The notes beneath the pieces were generated by a model. That model was not told where the DNA came from and did not search any database. It saw only the letters and a program-made list of their open reading frames with translations. A stretch of 64,000 bases of DNA, from the NCBI RefSeq assembly GCF_001194135.2, contig NC_068983.1, positions 136,489,109 to 136,553,108 of the forward strand, given 5' to 3'. The DNA comes from Octopus bimaculoides (taxonomy: Eukaryota). Positions 51,741-62,950 of this stretch are shown piece after piece. Made by a program: the position numbers and the translations under genes. Within the stretch, counting starts at the first letter, position 1, and each line of letters begins with the position of its first letter.

Positions 51741-54700
51741 ATATATATATATATACACACACACATATCTATATGTATACACACACACACACATACTTGT
51801 ATGTTTGTTTACATCTGTGATCACTTATTCAAAAGCCATTCAGGTGGTGGTGTTTGGCATTTGTCCTGTCAATAATTTGTTCACTCACTTTGTGCTTTCA
51901 AAGCTGTATAGAATAAGAGCTCCTTTAGCATCAAGGGTTAGCATCAAGAAGAGTACCTGATTATAAAACAATGTTTCACTACCATATTTGTCTAATCATG
52001 CTAGCATGGAAAAATGAATGTAAAAGCAAAATAAACTATTTTTAAAATATACACCATGTTTGTATATAGGAGATTAAATTTTCCCATGGATTCTTTCCTA
52101 ATTTATGGTGGTAGGGAATGAACTGAGGAGCAATTGATTACTATACCAGCAGGTTGTGTGCATATGCGAAAGCCTTCTCTTCTTAGCTCAAAATAAACTT
52201 TGGTGTTGTCATGTAGTTCCAGATCAGTCATAGCTGGAAAACTAAAGAAAGGCATTTCATTCATGGCAATCCTATCATTTGTATATTAGAAACTATATTG
52301 TTTGATTTAGCTTTTGTTTAAGGTTGTAGTTTATGACTGTTTTAACTGCTTTTTCACCAGGTTATGTAACTACTGAATCATTCTTATCACCCTGTCATAT
52401 CTGCCATTGACAACCTCTCCACTCTACTCTCCCACTCTGCACATCAGTACCATATCTTCTGATCTCTCTCACAAGTTTATTATATGGCTGCTCTCCTCCC
52501 TTCCTATACTGCCACTTACTTCCTCTTTCCTGAGCCATTCATATTTCTTTCACTTTCTCCCTGTACTGATATTTACCATCCACTGTACCCCCACCTTTAT
52601 TCCTTTCACTGCATTCACCTTTACACCCATTTGTTATTTTCCTCTCACACTCTAATGAACTTATCCATTCACCCTTCCTCATTCTTTGTGCATATCCTCT
52701 TTTATATTCACCTTCTTGTATCTTGGAAGTAGGCTCTGACACCTAATCTCCATTATCATTGTCTTTTTTCCAGTTACTCCCATCCACCCTTACGTAATAT
52801 TGGGTATCCATATTTCTTCTTTATAGCAAAACACCTGTACCTGTCCTGCTATCATACTTTAGCTTCTCAACACCTGTATACAGGGGATTAAAGAAGAGTC
52901 TTTATTGTAGCTGCAATATGTCAATCTTCTTCTTTATATAAATATATAGATTTCAGACAAAACTGAAACATGTAAAAGAAAAGTGTAAAGCTGTATGAAA
53001 CAAAGCAAAACTATTACATTTTAATTTACATTTTTATTTGGAATGAGTTTGTTGTTTACCCATTGTTTAATGTATTTTGATATGTTATAACAAATATTCT
53101 CTTTTTAATAACTACAATATATTTTGATTAATTAGAAAGACATTTGCAAATAGCTGTAATGGCTTGATTGAGAGAGAGTGTTGCATGAAGATTTGAAGGT
53201 CTCTGGGTCAATTCCAGTTTTCAACATGTTGATAAAATCATTTTGTTCTTGAAAATATTACTGTTTAAAACCTCTGTAGCTTTACTTACTGAGAGATGAT
53301 GATGAAAAGGGGAGCTTTTTTGTCACATAGATACATACTGATGCACAATCATCTTTATAAAATGATGGGACTTTCATACTTGACATATAAATTCTTTATA
53401 ACCAGATGAGACATTCATACTTGAAGTATATTTCTATGATATTTCTATGCCACAATTGAAGTGACCTAGGATCAAAGGTTCTAAAGCTGTAACCATTATG
53501 CCCTTTTCTTCATTCATAGAACATGTGCCTCTCTTTTTTTAAAGGTAATAGGGTATTATTTGAGAAAGATATGATTGCTATTTCTAGTTGCTCAATCTAT
53601 GATCTGGGTTATTTTCCCCCTTTTTTTTCTTCATTACAGTTTTCCTATTTTCTTCAAGAATTTCAGAGAAAATATGTCTTAATAACCTTTAGTAAACAAC
53701 TATGAATATTGGTTATATATGTTCAGCTTCCTTCTATAAGATGGACTTGTCCCAAATGTGTGTTTAAGTTGCTGTACTAACTAGATCTTCCTCCTGCACC
53801 TGTACATTTGTAAACAAATCTTTTATAAACTGCAACTTACAGATACTGCCCAAGGATTCTCTGCAAGTTATTATTCTTTGCCGACTTATATAATATTTTT
53901 AATGTTTTCAATATTTACTTAGTTGTACATTGTTTTCTTTCATGAGCTCTTAGAAATAAACAAAAATTGTGTAAGCTAGAAAGAAAAGAAGGGAACAAAA
54001 GATATTACAAGAATAAAAAAAACATTAAAAATCATTGCAACAAAATTTTATGTTACTAGTGGATATGTTGTGTGTACAAAAACTTGTGACATAGAGGGCT
54101 TGATACCTTGCTATTTATTTAAATTTGTTGTTATATATTCAGATGTAACTTCAGTTAGCTTCCACATCAATTGAAAACTAGCTAGACATCTCTAACTTTC
54201 TTTTGTCTTCTTATGCCTTTTTTTTTTAGTGGCTTGTTGTCTTTGTGGAAAGGGAATTAAACATTCTTCATGTTGCTTGAGAATGCTTTTGCATTTTCTT
54301 CCGGATCTTTATCTAGATATTTATCTACCAATTACTCCACCCATCCAGTCAGAACTGGATTCTCTTTTATTTTATTACCTATTTATCTGACTGTGTTTTA
54401 ATGTTTTTATATACCCAATTTGTATGCATCTCATTCTCTCTTTCTTTCACTTTCTCTTTCTATCTATATCTTTCCCTCTCCCCCCCTCTCTCTCTTTAAT
54501 ACATATATATATAAAGAGATAGAGAGAAAGAGAGTTAGAGCATAGCCTTGGGGATCCTAGTGTCCTTCATTCAGATCATATGCCCCACTGAATATAACAT
54601 TCCTGCCAAATGATAGATTCAACATTAGGCATATTTGCATGCAGCAGGACCTCCTGGTTGGACTTGTGGTCTCGCCAAGAAATGTTTACTACAGATCATA

Positions 54701-54934
54701 GTTACCACAACTGAAAGCTCTTCAGCTTTTTTTGATATGCTGCCAATACACTGTTTGTCATGGCCAGATCGTATTTAGAAGTTGTCCATTGGAGTTAGAT
54801 TGCCTTTTCAAAACCACCTATGTTTGGCAATTCTTACCCACTCTTGCATTAAAATTATTGAAAGCAGCAGGTTTTTAGTTATGTTCACAATATACAGGTG
54901 TCTATGTAGTGTATAATAGTACTCCTCTTTATTC

Positions 54935-55135
54935 ATCTCATTGGCAAGAATGGACGAGGATAGCTGTGTGAAAAAGTGCCACGCCCTGGCAGTTGAGGGA
55001 ACCTGTGGAAGAGGTAGGCCCAGGAAGACCTGGGATGAAGTGGTGAGGCAAGACCTTCAAACTTTAGGCCTCACTGAGGCAATGACTAGTGACCAGGACC
55101 TTTGGAAATATGCAGTACGTGAGAAAAGGGAGACA
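54935..55135 (+). mobile_element. RTE ORF C-terminal fragment
   Basis: ARMDEDSCVKKCHALAVEGTCGRGRPRKTWDEVVRQDLQTLGLTEAMTSDQDLWKYAVREK. Confidence 0.9.
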
Positions 55136-55675
55136 CCTTTATACCAGCTGTTGAGGGGCTAAAGTATGTGAGTGAACAAGGCCAAATGTAGGAGATACAT
55201 GGCTACCCGACATTATATAGGAGTGGGTGACAGTCACTGAGAAAAAGAAAGATGGTAGTGGTAGGGTACAAGAGTGAACCTTCAAGGTACAAGGTGAACA
55301 TAAGGAAGGACAAGGGGACTGGATCAAGAGGGTGGGGCAGGGGGCATAAGAGTGTGAGAAGAGAGTAACAAATGGTTTAGAGAAGGTAGTAGAGGTTGTA
55401 GTAACGCCTTGTCTCGTGCGCATGCGTAGTCATCAATATCCAAGTTTGGCGCCCTGATTCTTTCTCTTTTCTCGCCGGCCGGCGACGATGGCAGACGTCC
55501 AACAGCAGAGCTCTCTAACATGTCAGCACCAGAGCTTCACAAATAACTGCTGCCTATTTTCACCATAAATAAATATTGTTGTGTTGATAGTTCAGAGTCA
55601 GCGTTTCGTTGTTTATTTAGAATTTAATATAGGAAAGCAGGTGTACACCTAATGGTGTATAACAACTTTCCTATA

Positions 55676-55902
55676 ATTGGTGACCCCGAGTAAGAACAAT
55701 GCAGCCGAGGATTCTGACCTACCAACCGATAATACTACACTGCCGCTGCTGACATAAGTAAATACGGCATTTCGAACAGCTACCCAACTCAAGAACAAAC
55801 GCAGCCCAGAGATTTCCTATAACTGGTGACACAACTAAAAGAACAACTGCAGCCACGGAATCTGAACTGCGACCAATCAATACTACAATTGGTACCCCGA
55901 GC
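55676..55902 (+). repeat. Degenerate tandem PBS/LTR-end units
   Basis: TGGTGACCCCGAG (55678), TTTCCTATAAC-TGGTGACAC (55824) and ACTACAAT-TGGTACCCCGAG (55890). AAGAACAA..GCAGCC recurs three times between them. Confidence 0.75.
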
Positions 55903-56015
55903 TAAAAAGATCTACGGACCTCATTTCAACAGCCAGTTTACAGCGACTCCATCAACAGCATCTCCAGCTACGACTATACACCGCCGTCGCCATCAACAAC
56001 CACGACGAACTACAA

Positions 56016-56714
56016 NNNNNNNNNNNNNNNNNNNNNNNNNNNNNNNNNNNNNNNNNNNNNNNNNNNNNNNNNNNNNNNNNNNNNNNNNNNNNNNNNNNNN
56101 NNNNNNNNNNNNNNNNNNNNNNNNNNNNNNNNNNNNNNNNNNNNNNNNNNNNNNNNNNNNNNNNNNNNNNNNNNNNNNNNNNNNNNNNNNNNNNNNNNNN
56201 NNNNNNNNNNNNNNNNNNNNNNNNNNNNNNNNNNNNNNNNNNNNNNNNNNNNNNNNNNNNNNNNNNNNNNNNNNNNNNNNNNNNNNNNNNNNNNNNNNNN
56301 NNNNNNNNNNNNNNNNNNNNNNNNNNNNNNNNNNNNNNNNNNNNNNNNNNNNNNNNNNNNNNNNNNNNNNNNNNNNNNNNNNNNNNNNNNNNNNNNNNNN
56401 NNNNNNNNNNNNNNNNNNNNNNNNNNNNNNNNNNNNNNNNNNNNNNNNNNNNNNNNNNNNNNNNNNNNNNNNNNNNNNNNNNNNNNNNNNNNNNNNNNNN
56501 NNNNNNNNNNNNNNNNNNNNNNNNNNNNNNNNNNNNNNNNNNNNNNNNNNNNNNNNNNNNNNNNNNNNNNNNNNNNNNNNNNNNNNNNNNNNNNNNNNNN
56601 NNNNNNNNNNNNNNNNNNNNNNNNNNNNNNNNNNNNNNNNNNNNNNNNNNNNNNNNNNNNNNNNNNNNNNNNNNNNNNNNNNNNNNNNNNNNNNNNNNNN
56701 NNNNNNNNNNNNNN
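56016..56714. other. Assembly gap (N)
   Basis: Run of N inside the LTR element. Confidence 1.
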
Positions 56715-57516
56715 TTTGTGTGTGTTTGTGCCACATCTTGTGGGTGGTTTTCAGTAGCCATCCTGCCTCAGGCGTTCCTCCAATTTCTATTTTCGTGCGT
56801 TCCGCACTGGCAGGGGAGCCCTGTAGTAACGCCTTGTCTCGTGCGCATGTGTAGTCATCAATATCCAAGTTTGGCGCCCTGATTCTTTCTCTTTTCTCGC
56901 CGGCCGGCGAAGATGGCAGACGTCCAACAGCGGAGCTCTCTAACATGTCAGCACCAGAGCTTCACAAATAATTGCTGCCTATTTTCACCATAAATAAATA
57001 TTGTTGTGTTGATAGTTCGGAGTCAGCGTTTCGTTGTTTATTTAGAATTTAATATAGGAAAGCAGGTGTACACCTAATGGTGTATAACAACTTTCCTATA
57101 AGGTGAATGTAGTGAGTGTTTAAAAAGGGTGTAGGTGCAGTAGATGTGAAATACCATTTTGGAGAGGGAATAAGGTGAATAGATTAGAAAGAATGGGGAT
57201 GATGTACAAGGTATAGGAGTTGTGAGGAAGGATATATTGATATGTCAGATTTTTGTATTTGGTTTGCAAGATTCTTGATATGAACTTGTGTGGCATAATG
57301 ACCCTTGCAAGATATAACAAAATGTGTTTGATGATATTTATTTCAGTATGCACTTTAGTTGTATATAAATTAGACTGTACCTGTGATATCTCCTTGATAT
57401 CTCCATGTTCTTTGGATATGTTTTATATCTATTTTGCCTTTTTGAAATTATTCCATTTTCTGTATGTTTTTGCTTTTCAAAAAATTTCTTGTATTCATTT
57501 CATTGGTTTCCAAAAA

Positions 57517-57535
57517 TTCCTTAACTCTTTGCTAC
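57517..57535 (+). promoter_or_regulatory. U12-type (minor spliceosome) branch site and AC 3' splice site
   Basis: TTCCTTAAC at 57517-57525 is the consensus U12 branch sequence. It is followed 10 nt later by TAC|, with no long polypyrimidine tract. Confidence 0.85.
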
Positions 57536-57641
57536 AGCTTTTGAAGCTCTTATTCTCATGACCATCTTTGCAAATTGTGTAGCATTGGCAATATATACAC
57601 CATATCCTGAATCAGACACCAACGAAATCAATATGGCACTG
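57536..57641 (+). CDS. CACNA1D: Internal exon of an L-type voltage-gated calcium channel alpha-1 subunit (Cav1, CACNA1C/D-like), domain I S1
   Basis: (K)[35 protein letters not shown] matches Cav1 [19 protein letters not shown](F/Y)PE.DSN..N..L. It is 106 nt with a phase-2 start and a G|GTAAGT donor, the same size and phase as the recalled vertebrate CACNA1C exon 3. The symbol denotes the Cav1 ortholog, not a specific vertebrate paralog. Confidence 0.93.
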
Positions 57642-58380
57642 GTAAGTTGAGTTTTTATTCATGATCCTTTCTATATTTATTTATTATAGAGTGCAAAATA
57701 AAATCCATTTCTCTCTCTCTCTCTCTCTCTCTTTTCATCTTATCATAGTCTTCATTTTCCATGTTTTTTTTAATCTTTCTAGGTTGTTTTTTTTGTCTTT
57801 TGGTATATGTTTTATATTCCCACCCCCATCCCTGTTTCATGTATTTTATTCCTGTGGGATTTTTGTTTCAATTGCAATTTCAGGAGATGTTAAGGAAAAC
57901 TGCAAAGTGGTTAGGTTGCATAATGGTGGATGTTAAAAGGAAAGAAATAAGAAAAGTAACAATAGTTTCAGTAATAGTGCTAGAAGTATTCTTAATAATA
58001 ATCAGACCAATTTTAAAACAATAAGGCAACTAAAAATCTATTTCCTTGGTGTTCAATTCATCTATCAACAACTTCAGTATTAACAGATCAACTTAAATAT
58101 TTATTTGGCAAGAGAGATGATTCATATATAAACAGTGGTTTCAATTGCTTCTTTTGGAGGAGAAAGTGAATGAGAGAGTCAGTCTCTTACTCTCTCCTTC
58201 AAAATGTTTAGAATATTTGTGTGCATATGTGAATGACTATAGGAGACTTAATGTGATTGGATGTGTATGTATTTAACCTAAAACAGGAAGAATCATTGAG
58301 GGGGAGAAAGAGGAAATGGCTGTATGTATGTATGAATGAAGGAGGAAAAAGAAATGACAGATATATATTCCCAAATTAAT

Positions 58381-58535
58381 TGGCTGTGTGGTATGAAGTT
58401 TGCTTCCCAACCTCATGATTCTGGGTTGAGGCCCACTGCTTGGCACCTTAGGCAAGTGTCTTTTATAGCCTCAGGCCAACCAAAGCTGTGTAAGCTGACT
58501 TAGTAGATAGAAACTGAAAGAAGCATGTTGTGCAT
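58381..58535 (+). mobile_element. CORE-like SINE head and core
   Basis: TGGCTGTGTGGTATGAAGTTTGCTTCCCAACC..GGCACCTTAGGCAAGTGTC..GAAACTGAAAGAAGC. Confidence 0.8.
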
Positions 58536-58539
58536 ATGT

Positions 58540-59530
58540 ATCATCATCATCATTATTTAATGTCCGATTTCCATGCTAGCATGGGTTGGATGATTTGACT
58601 GAGAACTGGCGAACCAGATGGATGCGCCAGGCTCCAATCTGATCTGGCAGAGTTTCTACAGCTGGATGCCCTTCCTAACGCCAACAACTGCAAGAGTGTA
58701 GCGGGTGCTTTTATGTGCCACCGGCACGAGGGCCAGTCAGGCGGTACTGGCAACGGCCACGCTCAAATGGTGTTTTTTACATACCACCTGCACAGGAGCC
58801 AGTCCAGCGGCACTGGCAATGACCTCGCTTGAATGTCTTTGCACATGCCACCGGCACATGTGCTAGTAAGATGATGCTGGTAATGACCATGCTCAAATAG
58901 TACTATTTATGTGCCACCGGCAAGGAAGCCAGACAGCTGCTATGACAATGATCACGCTGGGACGATGCTGTTAGTGCCAGAAATATAGCATCAGTGGTGT
59001 TTTTCCCTGATTCGAACCCAAACTGCATCTCATCTAAACTGATTCTCTCCCTAATTAGTTGGGCTATGACCCTTTCCATGTCAACTCGGATAGCTGGTCC
59101 CTCTGTTGGGTCGACATACGGCAGACTCTCTTTCTCCCATTCATTCTCTTTATTAAGCAACCTTTCATAATGGCATCTCCAAACCTCTCTCTTTGCAGCC
59201 TCGTTTAGTGCAAGTGTACCATCATCCATGCGGACACATTTCTCTCCTATGACATCACGATTCTCTCTCACACACTGTCTTGCAATACAAAATACCTCAA
59301 GTCTTTGGTCCTCACAGCGCAGAACATTGGCAAATTTTTTCTCATCTGCTTCCCCTCTGGCTAAATAAGCCTGTCTCCTAGCTTCCCTTCTGGCAGTCTG
59401 ATACAATTCCCTGCTACCACCATTCTTCCAGTCTTTCCAAGCCTGTTTCTTTTGTCTAATAGCCCTGTCAACAACATTGTTCCACCGCAACATTATTTTG
59501 GATCGAGAGGGGACTTTGCACCATGAAGCA
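58540..59530 (-). mobile_element. Internally deleted RTE LINE (linker region fused to 3' UTR)
   Basis: ORF 58903-59493 WNNVVDRAIRQKKQAWKDWK...EMQFGFESGKNTTDAIF runs directly into the sub-repeated 3' UTR at about 58975, so the RT core is missing. Confidence 0.9.
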
Positions 59531-59796
59531 TATATATATTAATAAATATCAGGAGAACAGGGATTTACACATCCAAGTTTTATTACACATTTAATCACAT
59601 TTTTCTTTGTCAGGACCTATGCATGTTTTTGCTGCAAGGCAGAGCACACTGCAAATTGTGCACTTTGGTGTTAATTATCAGTGCTGCTTCATCAGGGTCA
59701 TATTTAATTGCATATCATATCTACAGCAATTAGAGCAAGCACAGTACCAGCTTAGGTTATATATCCCACTTAACCATTTTTGTAAATTTAATTTGG

Positions 59797-59834
<38 letters not shown>

Positions 59835-59835
<1 letters not shown>

Positions 59836-60031
59836 TATATCATCATCATCATCATCAACGTTTAACGTCCTGCTTTCCATGCTGGCATAGGTTGGACTGT
59901 TTGACTGAGGACTGGTGAGCCAGATGGTTGCACCAGGCTCCAATCTGATCTGGCAGAGTTTCTACAGCTGGATGCCCTTCCTAACGCCAGCCACACCGAG
60001 TGTGTAGTGGGTGCTTTTATGTGCCACGAGG
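59835..60031 (-). mobile_element. RTE 3' tail
   Basis: (CAT)n CAACGTTTAACGTCC...GGATGCCCTTCCTAACGCCAGCCAC. Confidence 0.85.
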
Positions 60032-60420
60032 GCCGTAAAGATGACAAAGAAGCAAAGATAATAGATGTTGCAATACCAGGTGATTTGAGGGTGAAATGTA
60101 AGGCAACAGAAAAGAGTGAGAAATACCAGCCACTGCAGGATGAGATAGGAAAATTATGGGGCATGAGGAAAGTATTGGTGACACTGGTGGTAATTGGAGC
60201 TTTAGGAACAGTTTCCAAGAGCTGAAAAACATATTAAGAATATTGGAGCTGCTGTCAAGATTGAAGTGACCCAGAGGACAGCATTGTTGGGTACAGCTCG
60301 CATTCTTAGGTGAATATTGTCTCTTTGAGTCACAGGGGAAGGCACTACTTGAAACCTCTGGTGATTTGTTATTGCCTGCTTTCAAGTAAAGAGCAGCTGT
60401 AAATAGAACAGCAAGAATCA
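60032..60420 (+). mobile_element. 5'-truncated R4/Dong-like LINE (restriction-like endonuclease and 3' UTR)
   Basis: KEAKIIDVAIPGDLRVKCKATEKSEKYQPLQDEIGKLWGMRKVLVTLVVIGALGTVSK is the RLE motif (IDVA.P.D..EK..KY..VVIGALG); it ends in (AAC)n/(AAT)n. Confidence 0.85.
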
Positions 60421-60443
60421 AAACAACAACAACAATAATAATG

Positions 60444-60486
<43 letters not shown>

Positions 60487-60566
60487 CAATAACAATAATA
60501 ATAATAACAGCAATGATAATAATAATAATCATCATAACAATAATAATGATGATGATGATGATAATG

Positions 60567-60607
<41 letters not shown>
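60421..60607. repeat. Compound (AAC)/(AAT)/(GAT) microsatellite
   Basis: Direct reading. Confidence 0.95.
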
Positions 60608-60609
<2 letters not shown>

Positions 60610-62480
60610 CTTAAAAATTTTCACTAAAAGCACCATGGAACAGAAAAACCTTTTAAAAATTGTCCATAGTTTCAGTAAGGACATCAGGATGAACATGGGG
60701 CTGGGCAAATATGACAAAGTGACACTGAGAAGAGGCAAATATATCAGCACTGAAAACCCTGCACTCGACACAGACACAGAAATCAGAGAATTAGACCATA
60801 ATCGCCCATACAAATATCTAGGAATAGACGAAATAGCTGAAATACAACACACAAAAATGAAAGAGAAAATTAGGAGAGAATATTACAGAAGTGTTAGACT
60901 AATATTAAATGCTGAACTCAATGTTAAAAATAAGATAAGGTTAAACATACTAACCACACCTGTCTAAAATTACAGCTTCAACATAATAAACTGGAAGATC
61001 AGTGAATTGAGAAACTTAGAAGAACCAGAAAACTGTTAGCAGAATACTGAAGTCACCACCCCAAAGCAGACACACAGAGAATATATCTACCCTGCTCAGA
61101 AGAAGGGCACAGTCAGACACAGATAGAGTACTATTATAGAATAAACAGTTGGACTAGAAAAGTGTTTAGAAACAAAAAGTGGAAGACTACTACATGTAAT
61201 AAGGCAACATGAGAAAAATAAAATGATTTTCTCTATACACAAGGAAGCAACAAAATACAAAACAAAAACAAACTACACTGATACACTGATCTCAGATGAC
61301 AACATAACAGAAATGGTCAAAGAGACAAAAACACAAAAAGAGAACTACAAAACATACTAAAGAAGAAATGGAAATAAAAATCACTCCATGGCCAATACCC
61401 TGCAAGGTTTGACAGAGAAGAAGTGAACCTAAGTAAAAGCCAACAATGACTCAAAATCTTTGGACTAAAAGCTGAAATGGAAAGACTGATTCTTGCTGCA
61501 CAAGACTAATGCCTAACCACAAACAACTATAAAAGCAAACTAATGAAAACAAGCCCTAACACGAAATGTAGAATGTGCAACTAGCACAATGAGACAGTTG
61601 ACCAAATCACCTCTGGTTGTCCAGTTCTTGCCAAATCTGAATATATATACAATCATGACCAAATAAGTAGTTATATCCACTGGAAAATATGCCAACACTA
61701 CAACATAAAAACTAACAAGAAATAGTATAAGCATGTGTTAAACAAGGTACATGTTTGACAAAAACCAGGCCATAATCGTCTGGGATATGCCTGTTCAAAC
61801 TGACAAAGAAATAAGCTAATTCCCAGACTTAATAATCAAGGATTGAAGAAAAAAAAAACAATTGCTTGCTGATAGACATTGCAGTCCCTTCTGACAAAAA
61901 TATTGCCCAAAAAGAAGTAGAGAAATTGTCAAAGTACAAAGACCTTGAAATTGAAGTATTCAAGATATGGATCATGAAGGTGAAGACAATACCAGTAATA
62001 AGTAGAGCATTGGGTATGATAAAAAAACATATGAACAGAAACATAGAAGTTATACCTGGACCCTCAACACTACACACTATCCAGAAAAAAGCCCTGCTAA
62101 GCACAGCCCACATCCTGCACAAGGCACTATCAATTCAAGAATACCACCCAAACAAAGCAATCCACAAACACAAGACACTCTATATAGCAAATGTCCAATA
62201 AAATAAACAATCACCATAACATGTACTCTACATGTACTGACAGAAGAACACAACTTGCATTACACACACAACACACAGTACAAACACTAATACAACAAAA
62301 GACTGCAACCAGACCCCATAACAAAACAAACTGATGCAATACAATACCAGGAAGAGTTTGCACTTCCCCAACAACCAGAAAGAACACACAATGTTGTACA
62401 CATCCCAGCAACATGGAGGTGTAGCAGGTGATGGAATAGAAATTTGCCTGAAACTACCAGATGTTGAATAGTAATAATAA
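60608..62480 (+). mobile_element. 5'-truncated R4/Dong-like LINE (RT C-terminus, CCHC, RLE, AC-rich 3' UTR)
   Basis: YKYLGIDE, HHPKADT.RIYLP, LILAAQD, CRMCN*HNETVDQITSGC (CCHC-like) and LLIDIAVPSDKNIAQKEVEKLSKYKDLEIE..IQKKALLSTAHIL; flanked by TAA repeats. Confidence 0.9.
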
Positions 62481-62488
62481 TAATTAAA

Positions 62489-62921
62489 ATAATCCTTTCT
62501 ACTTTGTGTGGTGGCAGGCAGGTGACTAGTCAGTTACATCAACCTCAGTGAAACACTAGTACTTAATTTATCAACCCCAAAAGGATGAAAGGCAAATTTG
62601 ACCGTAGCGGAACTTGAACTCAGATGAGCAAAATACCACTAAGCATTTCATCCAACGTGCTAACAATTCTGCCACCCCGCTGCCTTATATAATAATTATT
62701 ATTATTATTATTTCAAATTTTTGCCACAAGGACAGCTTGAGGGAGGTGAGGATGAGTCGATTACACCAACCCCAGTGTTCAACTGGTACTTATTTTATCG
62801 ACCCTGAAAGGATGAAAGGCAAAGGTAACCTTAGTAGAATTTGAACTCAGAACTTAGCGACAGGCAAAATACTGATAAGCATTTTGCCCAGTATGTTAAT
62901 AATTCTGCCTGCTCACCACCT
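62489..62921 (-). mobile_element. Two tandem Nin-domain SINEs (62489-62685, 62715-62921) set in ATT/TAA repeats
   Basis: Both carry GAAAGGATGAAAGGCAAA and TTGAACTCAGA, the reverse complement of the core and B-box. Confidence 0.85.
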
Positions 62922-62950
62922 TAATAATAATAATAATAATAATAATAATG

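Larger units (their letters stand above)
55397..57100 (+). mobile_element. Intact-ended Gypsy-type LTR element (tRNA-Trp PBS), 279-bp LTRs, 4-bp TSD AGGT; probably non-autonomous
   Basis: LTRs at 55397-55675 and 56822-57100 (TGTAG...CTATA) with 5 differences by eye. TSD AGGT at 55393-96 and 57101-04. PBS TGGTGACCCCGA at 55678; PPT GGCAGGGGAG just before 56822. The internal part includes the gap 56016-56714. Confidence 0.95.

Noticed and set aside
56716-56761. Antisense MATENHPQD.. start as a gag N-terminus
   Set aside because: PBS and PPT place the element on the + strand, and this frame runs into a gap and cannot be assessed.
55826-56946. Long ORFs (342, 317 and 269 aa) in the LTR element, and similar ones at 8152, 19622-20474 and 46629-47403
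   Set aside because: They are artefacts of translating through N-gaps.
60017-60852. Poly-Ile/Val/Leu hydrophobic ORFs
   Set aside because: They are translations of (AAT)n/(AAC)n microsatellites on the antisense strand.
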